Below, piece after piece: positions 55,176 to 63,080 of a stretch of DNA of 64,000 bases. Source of the DNA: Elusimicrobiota bacterium (GTDB taxonomy: Bacteria > Elusimicrobiota > Elusimicrobia > Elusimicrobiales > UBA9959); the NCBI GenBank assembly GCA_012517285.1, contig JAAYVG010000026.1, positions 13,408 to 77,407 on the forward strand, in the 5' to 3' direction. The notes beneath the pieces are model-generated. The model made no database searches. It was not told the DNA's origin and worked only from the letters and a program-made list of their open reading frames with translations. Position numbers and translations under genes: made by a program. The first letter of the stretch is position 1. Each line of letters opens with the position of its first letter.

Positions 55176-56210
55176 ATGGATAAAATAGATCGAGAATCTC
55201 TCATTAAAACAATCGATGGTTTTAACAACAAAAGAATAGCGGTAATAGGTGATGTCATACTTGATAAATATGTCTTTGGCAAGGTTAGAAGGATATCGCC
55301 TGAGGCGCCTGTGCCTGTGCTTGAAATAGAAAACGAAAAAACAACATTTGGTGGTGCAGGGAATGTCGCCAACAATATATCTGAGCTTGGGGCTAAGTGT
55401 TATCTGGTATCGGTCATAGGCCGTGATGATACAGCCTCCGAGCTTATATCTCTTCTTAATGAAAAAAAGAATATAGATACAGGATATATTGTTCAGAGCA
55501 ATGACCAGAAAACAATAAAAAAAACAAGAATAGTAGCAGAGCACCAGCAGATTGTAAGGGTTGATAGGGAGATAAAATTTTCATACTCACAAAGCATTAA
55601 AAATAAGTTTATATCAAGCATAGATAGTGTGATAAAAAATGGTATTGATGCAATAATACTTTCTGATTACGGTAAAGGTGTTCTTTCAAAGGAGATAATA
55701 AATTATTCAATAGTAGTAGCAAACAAAAACGGGATACCAATCTTTGTTGATCCAAAAATAGAGCATTTTTTCTCATACAAAAAAATAACTTCAATGACCC
55801 CAAATATAATGGAAGCATTTGCTGGTATGAGAATGATTGAGTCAAGAGAACAATCAGATATAGAAAATATTGGTCGTAAAATACTAAGGGAGTTATCACT
55901 TAAATCACTTATAATAACGCAGAGTGAACAAGGTATGACGGTCTTTGATAACTTTAAGAAATCACTTAAGATAACACATATTCCAACCAATGCAAAAGAG
56001 GTATATGATGTCACTGGTGCGGGTGATACTGTTATATCAGTTCTTGCACTTGGCTACTCTGTTTCAAAGGATATTCTTTTGTCATCTGTTATCTCTAACT
56101 ATGCTGCGGGAATAGTAGTTGGTAAATTGGGGACAGCTACAGCGAGTGTGAACGAAATTAAAGAGGCAATAAAAAATGAAAATAGTTACAGTAATACCGG
56201 CAAGGTATAA
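55176..56210 (+). CDS. rfaE1: D-glycero-beta-D-manno-heptose-7-phosphate kinase (RfaE domain I only, PfkB family)
   Basis: IAVIGDVILDKYVFG...RISPEAPVPVL...GGAGNVA and the PfkB motif DVTGAGDTV. No adenylyltransferase domain is attached. Confidence 0.8.
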   Translation: MDKIDRESLIKTIDGFNNKRIAVIGDVILDKYVFGKVRRISPEAPVPVLEIENEKTTFGGAGNVANNISELGAKCYLVSVIGRDDTASELISLLNEKKNIDTGYIVQSNDQKTIKKTRIVAEHQQIVRVDREIKFSYSQSIKNKFISSIDSVIKNGIDAIILSDYGKGVLSKEIINYSIVVANKNGIPIFVDPKIEHFFSYKKITSMTPNIMEAFAGMRMIESREQSDIENIGRKILRELSLKSLIITQSEQGMTVFDNFKKSLKITHIPTNAKEVYDVTGAGDTVISVLALGYSVSKDILLSSVISNYAAGIVVGKLGTATASVNEIKEAIKNENSYSNTGKV

Positions 56211-56940
56211 TTCAACAAGGTTTCATGGAAAGGTTTTGTATCCTATTGATAAAAAACCGATGCTTCAATGGGTGTGGGAAAGGGCTGTATCCATAAAAGG
56301 TATGGATAGGGTCATAATAGCAACTGAGGATATAAAGGTTCTTGATTTTGCAAAGTCAATTGCTGCAGATGCTCTTCTCACAAGTCCTAATTGTCAGAGT
56401 GGAAGTGATAGAGTCTGGGAGGTTGTAAAGAATATTAAGTGTGATATCGTTGTTAACCTTCAATCAGATGAGCCATTTATAGAGGCTGATGTCATAAAAG
56501 ATGCTATTGAGCTTTTGATTAAAAGAAAGGATTTTGATATATCAACAGCTGTTTCTAAAATTGATAATAATAGTGATGTAATGAACTCGAATTGTGTTAA
56601 GGTTGTTATTGGTGATGATATGAATGCCCTCTATTTTTCAAGACTTCCTGTTCCTTATCACCATAAGCTTTCAGAGATATCCAAAACATATCCATACTAC
56701 AAACACTGTGGGTTTTATGTTTACAGAAAGGAAGCTCTCGGAAAATATGTTTCTTTTAAGCCATCAAATATAGAACTTTTAGAAAGGCTTGAACAGCTTA
56801 GAGCTTTAGAAAATGGGCTTAAGATAGGTGTTGTTATGGCAGAGAGATTAGGGCCTGCAATAGATGTATTATCAGATATAAAAAAAGCAGAAAAGTATAT
56901 AAAAACAGTTAGCAGGATTGAGAGATCAAAAATCAAATGA
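56176..56940 (+). CDS. kdsB: 3-deoxy-manno-octulosonate cytidylyltransferase (CMP-Kdo synthetase)
   Basis: VIPARYNSTRFHGK, SGSDRV and VNLQSDEPF. Overlaps the heptose kinase gene by 35 nt. Confidence 0.9.
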   Translation: MKIVTVIPARYNSTRFHGKVLYPIDKKPMLQWVWERAVSIKGMDRVIIATEDIKVLDFAKSIAADALLTSPNCQSGSDRVWEVVKNIKCDIVVNLQSDEPFIEADVIKDAIELLIKRKDFDISTAVSKIDNNSDVMNSNCVKVVIGDDMNALYFSRLPVPYHHKLSEISKTYPYYKHCGFYVYRKEALGKYVSFKPSNIELLERLEQLRALENGLKIGVVMAERLGPAIDVLSDIKKAEKYIKTVSRIERSKIK

Positions 56941-56974
56941 CAAGGTTAAGTTTAAATTTGGACACGATCTTTTT

Positions 56975-57047
56975 TTCTGACTTCTGATTTCTGTCCCTGC
57001 CTGCGCCGAAGCGGCTTCGGCAGGCAAGTTCTGTTTTCTGTCTTATC
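56975..57047. repeat. GC palindrome copy with flanking TTCTG heptamers between kdsB and pyrG
   Basis: ttctgacttctgatttctgtcc + palindrome 56996-57028 + ttctgttttctgtcttatcc. It ends at the GGAGG RBS of pyrG. Confidence 0.85.
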
Positions 57048-57057
57048 CGGAGGATTT

Positions 57058-58662
57058 ATGCCGAAGTATATTTTTATAACCGGTGGCGTTGTAAGCTCGC
57101 TCGGTAAGGGGATAACAAGTTCTTCAATTGGAAGGCTTTTGAAGTCCCATGGATTTAAAATAAATATGATAAAATGTGACCCATATCTGAATGTTGATGC
57201 AGGCACAATGAGTCCATTCCAGCATGGTGAGGTTTTTGTCACAGAGGATGGTGCCGAAACTGATTTGGACTTAGGACATTATGAAAGATTTGTTGATATA
57301 AATACAACAGCAGATAGTAATATTACAGCTGGAAAGGTTTATAGCTCCATAATAGATAAGGAAAGGAAGGGGGCTTATTTAGGACAGACTGTTCAGGTTA
57401 TTCCACATCTTACAAATGAAATAAAAGAAAGGTTTATAAAGGCGAGTGATGGTTATGATATCGTTATAGTTGAGATCGGTGGAACCGTTGGTGATATAGA
57501 AAGTCTTCCGTTTTTAGAGGCTGCAAGACAGATGAGAACAAACAGGAATTCAAATGATATAGTTTATATCCATCTGACCCTTGTTCCATATCTCAGTTCA
57601 AGTGATGAGCTTAAAACCAAGCCAACCCAGCACTCCGTTATGAAGCTAAGAGAGATAGGAATAGATCCTGATATAATTGTAACGAGATCAGAAAAGCCGC
57701 TTGATGCTGATTTAAAAAGAAAGATTGCCCTTTTTTCTTCCGTTCCTCCTGAGGCTATAATAGAGGCTCATGATGTAAAAAACATCTATGAAGTCCCAAG
57801 CCTTCTTAAAAGGCAAGGAATGGATGAGCAGATAATGATGCTTTTAAGACTAAGAAGCAATATTTATAACAGCACTGAGTGGGATAATTTTGTTAAAAAT
57901 ATTGATATGATAGATAGCCTTAAAAAGGTTAGGATAGTTATGGCTGGTAAGTATGTTAAGTTAAAGGATTCATACAAATCCTTGAACGAGGCTCTCCTTC
58001 ATGCAGCTATAGAAAATGGTGTTAAGCTTGATATAGATTATCTTGACACTGAGGAAAGTAAGGATGTTATAGATGATAAAATAAAAAACTCCAACGGGCT
58101 TATCATCCCCGGTGGATTTGGAGGAAGGGGGATAGAGGGTAAAATATATTCCATAAAACTTGCAAGGGAACAAAACATACCATTCCTTGGAATATGCCTT
58201 GGCATGCAATGCGCTGCTATAGAGTTTGCAAGAAGTGTTTTAGGGCTTAAGGATGCTAACTCAATTGAGTTCAATACTAAAACCAAGAATCCAGTTATAA
58301 CTCTTATGGAAAATCAGAAGAACGTAAACAAGGGTGGAACTATGAGACTTGGCAATTATCCATGCACAATAAAGAAAAACACATTGGCATATAAAATATA
58401 TGGTAAGACCCTTATACAGGAAAGACACAGACATAGATTTGAGTTTAATAACAATTATATACGTGTGTTTGAGGCTAAAAACATGGCTATTTCAGGTTTT
58501 AATCGCAAGGATAAGCTTGTAGAAATAATAGAACTTAAGAAACATCCATTTTTTATCGGTGTACAGTTTCACCCTGAGTTTAATTCAAGGCCTTTATCTC
58601 CTCATCCATTGTTTGTTGAGTTTATAAAAGCCTCTGTTAAAAGGAGAGAAAATGAAATATAA
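57058..58662 (+). CDS. pyrG: CTP synthase
   Basis: YIFITGGVVSSLGKGI, the GATase active site GICLGMQ, and HRHRFEFN. GGAGG RBS. Confidence 0.95.
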   Translation: MPKYIFITGGVVSSLGKGITSSSIGRLLKSHGFKINMIKCDPYLNVDAGTMSPFQHGEVFVTEDGAETDLDLGHYERFVDINTTADSNITAGKVYSSIIDKERKGAYLGQTVQVIPHLTNEIKERFIKASDGYDIVIVEIGGTVGDIESLPFLEAARQMRTNRNSNDIVYIHLTLVPYLSSSDELKTKPTQHSVMKLREIGIDPDIIVTRSEKPLDADLKRKIALFSSVPPEAIIEAHDVKNIYEVPSLLKRQGMDEQIMMLLRLRSNIYNSTEWDNFVKNIDMIDSLKKVRIVMAGKYVKLKDSYKSLNEALLHAAIENGVKLDIDYLDTEESKDVIDDKIKNSNGLIIPGGFGGRGIEGKIYSIKLAREQNIPFLGICLGMQCAAIEFARSVLGLKDANSIEFNTKTKNPVITLMENQKNVNKGGTMRLGNYPCTIKKNTLAYKIYGKTLIQERHRHRFEFNNNYIRVFEAKNMAISGFNRKDKLVEIIELKKHPFFIGVQFHPEFNSRPLSPHPLFVEFIKASVKRRENEI

Positions 58663-59491
58663 AGAAGTTAAGTGTGGCGATATAGTTTTTTCAAATTCTC
58701 TGCCAATTAAATATATATCTGGGACCTGTGTTATAGAAAGCAGGGAGAATTATACCAAGACTGTTTCTGAATTGAAAAGGATTTTTAACTCTGAAAAATC
58801 AAAATTTATTGCGAAGGCCTCATTCGATAAGGCAAACAGAACATCTATATCATCGTTTAGAGGAGTGGATTTTGATGAAGCTATGGATATATTGAGGGAA
58901 GTAAAAACAGGGTATGGTGTTAAACTTTTGGTGGATATTCACCTTCCGTCACAGGCAGAAAGGATTGCTGAGGTTGCAGATATAATACAGATTCCAGCCT
59001 TTCTTTCAAGACAGACTGATTTAATCATTGCTGCAGCTGAAACAGGTAAAGTTGTAAATGTTAAAAAAGGACAGTTTATGTCTCCATGGGATGTGGAGAA
59101 TATAATAAAAAAAATTGAGTCACGAGGCAATAAAAAAATACTTCTTACTGAAAGAGGAGTAAGCTTTGGTTATAACAACCTTGTTGTAGATATGAGATCG
59201 TTTGAAGTAATGAAACAATTTGGATATCCTGTTATATATGATGCAACTCATTCTGTCCAGAAGCCTGGCGGGCTTGGAAATAAGACAGGAGGGGATAGGG
59301 AGTTTATATTCCCGCTTTCAAGAGCAGCTGTTGCAACAGGCATAGCAGGGATTTTTTTTGAAACTCATATAAATCCTGAAAAGGCTCTTTCAGATGGACC
59401 AAATTCTATAAAGCTAAGCGATGCAAAAAAATATATTTCGGTTTTAAACAGAATTGATAAATTGATAAAATCTATTATAAAGGAGGAGTAA
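58652..59491 (+). CDS. kdsA: 3-deoxy-8-phosphooctulonate synthase (Kdo-8-P synthase)
   Basis: KASFDKANRTS, IQIPAFLSRQTDL and DATHSVQKPGG. Confidence 0.9.
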   Translation: MKYKEVKCGDIVFSNSLPIKYISGTCVIESRENYTKTVSELKRIFNSEKSKFIAKASFDKANRTSISSFRGVDFDEAMDILREVKTGYGVKLLVDIHLPSQAERIAEVADIIQIPAFLSRQTDLIIAAAETGKVVNVKKGQFMSPWDVENIIKKIESRGNKKILLTERGVSFGYNNLVVDMRSFEVMKQFGYPVIYDATHSVQKPGGLGNKTGGDREFIFPLSRAAVATGIAGIFFETHINPEKALSDGPNSIKLSDAKKYISVLNRIDKLIKSIIKEE

Positions 59492-59754
59492 TGAAGTGTT
59501 CTAACTGCGGATTTGAAAACAAGGCTAATTTAAAATTTTGTAAAAAATGTGGCAATGATATGACAAAACCACCTGAGTGGTTTTGTGATACAAAATGGCA
59601 TATAAAAACTCTTTCCATTATATATATTGTTCTTATAATTGGATATTTTGCTATAAGCGCTTTTCTTCATAAACTTCCACCACCTTATGATCAAAGAATA
59701 ATTCCTGAGGAGATGACCCCATGGCTTTATCCTCACAAAACACCGGAGCCATAA
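59491..59754 (+). CDS. Zinc-ribbon membrane protein
   Basis: MKCSNCGFEN...CKKCG (two CxxC pairs) followed by one TM helix. The ATG overlaps the kdsA stop. Confidence 0.5.
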   Translation: MKCSNCGFENKANLKFCKKCGNDMTKPPEWFCDTKWHIKTLSIIYIVLIIGYFAISAFLHKLPPPYDQRIIPEEMTPWLYPHKTPEP

Positions 59755-59759
59755 ATAAA

Positions 59760-60728
59760 ATGAATGAAAAAAAAATTATATCTTATGGTAGGGAGGTTAT
59801 ACAATCTGAGATAGAGTCGCTGAGGAGACTTCTAAAAAAGAGTATTGATAAAAATTTTGTTAAACTTGTTGAAATGATATTGAGTTCAAATGGTAAGATA
59901 GTGATGAGCGGTGTTGGTAAGTCAGGTATTATAGCTCAAAAGATATCATCCACCCTTATATCAACAGGGACACCAAGCATATTCATCCATCCTGTTGAAG
60001 CCATGCATGGGGATTTAGGTATGATATTCCCTAATGATATTTTAATACTTCTTTCAAACTCTGGGAATACCGTAGAGACAAATAGATTAGCTTCTATAGC
60101 TAAAAAGAAAAAAACCATGGTAGTTGCTATTACCAACAATGATAAATCAAAGATAAGATCTTTTTCAGATCTGATCATAAACACACAGACATTAAAAGAA
60201 GCTTTACCTGATAATATAGTTCCCACATCATCAACTACAGCAATGATTGCTTTCGGTGATGCTCTTGCCATAACCCTTATGAGAATGAGAGGATACAGCA
60301 GTGATGATTTTGCTAAAAATCATCCTGGAGGAAATTTAGGAAGGCTTTTATATCTTAGGGTTAGTGATATAATGAGAACAGGAAGGGATAATCCTGTTAT
60401 AAAAATTAATAGTAGTGTTGCTGAGGCTATCAGGGTTATGAGCATAACTTCTCTCGGTGCTGTGTCTGTCGTTGACCTTAAAAATAGGCTTTTAGGTTTT
60501 TTTACAGATGGTGATATAAGAAGAAAGTTTGGAAGCATAGCTCCATCTGATTTGATAGAAAAACATATGACAAAAAATCCTGTTTCAATAAAAAATTCTG
60601 ATATGGCTATAAAGGCAGCTGAGATTATTGAGAGAATGAAGATAGATAACCTGCCTGTGGTGGATGAGAGGGGAAGAGTTGTTGGAATAGTTGATGAAAG
60701 GGATCTGATAAAGGAAGGGATGTTCTGA
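59760..60728 (+). CDS. kdsD: Arabinose-5-phosphate isomerase (KpsF/GutQ/KdsD family; SIS + tandem CBS)
   Basis: SIS motif GVGKSGIIAQKISSTL...SNSG, then two CBS domains. The start is chosen at the Met of MNEKK (59760) to avoid overlapping the zinc-ribbon gene. Confidence 0.85.
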   Translation: MNEKKIISYGREVIQSEIESLRRLLKKSIDKNFVKLVEMILSSNGKIVMSGVGKSGIIAQKISSTLISTGTPSIFIHPVEAMHGDLGMIFPNDILILLSNSGNTVETNRLASIAKKKKTMVVAITNNDKSKIRSFSDLIINTQTLKEALPDNIVPTSSTTAMIAFGDALAITLMRMRGYSSDDFAKNHPGGNLGRLLYLRVSDIMRTGRDNPVIKINSSVAEAIRVMSITSLGAVSVVDLKNRLLGFFTDGDIRRKFGSIAPSDLIEKHMTKNPVSIKNSDMAIKAAEIIERMKIDNLPVVDERGRVVGIVDERDLIKEGMF

Positions 60729-60736
60729 TTAAATAG

Positions 60737-60775
60737 AAAACAGACTTCTGACATCTGTCTTCCGACTTCTGTCTT
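60737..60775 (-). repeat. Short heptamer array (complement of CAGAAG family)
   Basis: gaaaacagacttctgacatctgtcttccgacttctgtctt between kdsD and the GT9 gene. Confidence 0.75.
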
Positions 60776-60783
60776 AACATGAT

Positions 60784-62277
60784 ATGAAAAAAATACTCAT
60801 AATAAGATTTTCATCCCTCGGCGATATAATACTGACATTTCCAGTTTTAAGAAATATAAAACTCAATGATAAGAATATAAAAATATATTATCTGACGAAA
60901 AAATCATTTTCTGAGATTGTAAAAAGCAATCAGGATGTTGATGAAGTCATTGAATTTGAGGAATTGTTTAAAACTATAAAAAAAATAAAGGGTTTAAGGT
61001 TTGATGCTGTCATAGACCTTCATTCAAATCTCAGAAGCTTTATATTCAAGCATTTGGTTAAGAGTGATAAAATAGTAAGGTACAATAAAGATTCTATTTA
61101 CAGAAGATTGTTTGTTAATTTTAGAATACTATCGGCAAGGCTCAACAAAAATGTTGTTGAAAAATATCTGAAAACCATTGAAGAGCTCGGTTTCAAGATA
61201 TATTCATCAAATATAGAGCTTAATACCACAAGATTTTTACCTGAAATAAAAAAGAAGATAAATAAGATACTTATAATACAGACTGCATTTCTCGGTGATC
61301 TTATACTCACCCTTCCACTTGTAAGGGAGATAAAAAATAAAATTCCTGATTCATATATCGCAATGCTTGTGAGGGCTGAAAACGTAAATGCCGTTAAGGA
61401 TGTCAAACAGATTGATGAGATAATAACTGATAACAAGAAGGAGAAATCTTTTTTTGCTGAATTTTTTAGAATACTAAGGATATTAAAATCAAAAGATTTT
61501 GATATCGCTTTAATTCCTCATCGTTCCCTACGTTCTGCTTTACTTGGATATTTATCAGATATAAAAATAAGAATAGGATTTGATATAAAACCAGCATCAT
61601 TTTTTTATACACATAGCGTTCCATTTGAATGGCTTGTCCATGATGCGATGAGAAATAATATGCTTTTATCACCACTTATAAGCGATAGTAGTATAATCTT
61701 TCCTTCAATTTCTCATCCCATTGATAGCTTAAGTATGAAGGAGAAAATAGATAATATAATTAAGAACAAACCAGTTATCACAATTAATCCTTCATCTGCT
61801 TGGGAGACTAAGAGATGGCCTGATTACAAATTTATAAAACTTGCTGAAGAGTTATATAAGATATACTCTGTTCCAGTTATCTTTACTGGCTCAAATAAAG
61901 AAAATGGATATATAAGCGGTATGGAGAAGCTTCTCGGCAATAAATGCATAAATATGGCAGGGAAAACAAGTTTATCAGAGCTTATATATCTGATAAAAGA
62001 ATCAGATCTGCTGATAACAAATGACTCTGGTCCTATGCATATAGCCTCTGCTACATCCACTCCTGTTATTGCAATATTTGGTCCGACAACAAGGGAGCTT
62101 GGATTTTTTCCTTATGGAAGCAGGTCTATCGTTATGGAGAGCAATATCAGATGTCGTCCTTGCACTCTGCATGGTTCTAAAAAATGTCCGAGAGGACATT
62201 TTTTGTGTATGAATATGATAAAGGTCCGTGATGTTTTAAATGAGGTTGAAAAAATTCTAAAATATAAATATGAATAA
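60784..62277 (+). CDS. Glycosyltransferase family 9 (heptosyltransferase-like) with an extra N-terminal GT9 half-domain
   Basis: Two copies of the GT9 opening motif (KILIIRFSSLGDIILTFPVLRNIK at aa 2; KILIIQTAFLGDLILTLPLVREIK at aa ~160). C-terminal TNDSGPMHIA. 497 aa versus about 340 for typical GT9 enzymes. Confidence 0.75.
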   Translation: MKKILIIRFSSLGDIILTFPVLRNIKLNDKNIKIYYLTKKSFSEIVKSNQDVDEVIEFEELFKTIKKIKGLRFDAVIDLHSNLRSFIFKHLVKSDKIVRYNKDSIYRRLFVNFRILSARLNKNVVEKYLKTIEELGFKIYSSNIELNTTRFLPEIKKKINKILIIQTAFLGDLILTLPLVREIKNKIPDSYIAMLVRAENVNAVKDVKQIDEIITDNKKEKSFFAEFFRILRILKSKDFDIALIPHRSLRSALLGYLSDIKIRIGFDIKPASFFYTHSVPFEWLVHDAMRNNMLLSPLISDSSIIFPSISHPIDSLSMKEKIDNIIKNKPVITINPSSAWETKRWPDYKFIKLAEELYKIYSVPVIFTGSNKENGYISGMEKLLGNKCINMAGKTSLSELIYLIKESDLLITNDSGPMHIASATSTPVIAIFGPTTRELGFFPYGSRSIVMESNIRCRPCTLHGSKKCPRGHFLCMNMIKVRDVLNEVEKILKYKYE

Positions 62278-63079
62278 ATTATCTTTGTTTTTACCTGCTG
62301 CATTAGCAGCCTACTCATTCAGATGGTCATGGTGGAGTAAAAATAAAAAAGGTCTGAATGTGCTGGTTTATCATAAAATAGGATATCACCCTCGTGGCTC
62401 TAAACTAAAGGAACTCTGGGTTACTCCTGAAAGATTTGAAAAGCATATAATTTGGCTTGTAAAGAATGGTTACAATCCTGTTGGATTTTCTGAACTGCTT
62501 GATTGTTATAAAAATAATAAGCCTGTGGATAAGCTTGTTTTAATAACATTTGATGATGGCTATGAGAACAACTACAAATATGCATATCCAATACTTAAAA
62601 AGTATAATGCTAAAGGGAATATATTCATAGTTTACAACACAATAGGAAAGGTAAATATATGGCATAAGCCGGAGAAAGAGGTATGGGTTAATATGGCAAC
62701 AAAAGAAATGCTCTTAGAAATGGATAGGAGTGGTGTTATAGAATTTGGCTCTCATACGATGAATCATCCGAGGCTTGCTGAAATTTCACATGAGGATGCA
62801 AAATGGGAGATAACTGAGTCAAAGAAACAGCTTGAAAATCTTTTTCAAAAAGAAATGTTTGCTTTTGCTTATCCATATGGCAGTGGAGCATACAATAAAG
62901 ATGTAAGGAAATTGGTTTTGGACGCTGGTCATATATTTGATTTCAGTTTCAAACAGGGCAAAACCCAGTGGCCATGGAAAAGGGATGATATGCCAATAGA
63001 CAGGTTGTTTATAAAAAACACAGATACATGTTTTGACTTGGGATTACATCTAAAAAAAGGGATAGCAAAGTTTTTCTAA
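62270..63079 (+). CDS. Polysaccharide deacetylase (NodB homology domain)
   Basis: ITFDDGYENNY and GSHTMNHPRL metal/catalytic motifs. Confidence 0.8.
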   Translation: MNKLSLFLPAALAAYSFRWSWWSKNKKGLNVLVYHKIGYHPRGSKLKELWVTPERFEKHIIWLVKNGYNPVGFSELLDCYKNNKPVDKLVLITFDDGYENNYKYAYPILKKYNAKGNIFIVYNTIGKVNIWHKPEKEVWVNMATKEMLLEMDRSGVIEFGSHTMNHPRLAEISHEDAKWEITESKKQLENLFQKEMFAFAYPYGSGAYNKDVRKLVLDAGHIFDFSFKQGKTQWPWKRDDMPIDRLFIKNTDTCFDLGLHLKKGIAKFF

Positions 63080-63080
63080 A

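Noticed and set aside
55010-55544. Minus-strand ORFs 55010..55375 and 55161..55544, and likewise 56952..57242.
   Set aside because: They run through the GC palindrome and heptamer modules and lie antisense to well-supported genes (heptose kinase, pyrG). Their composition is repeat-derived.
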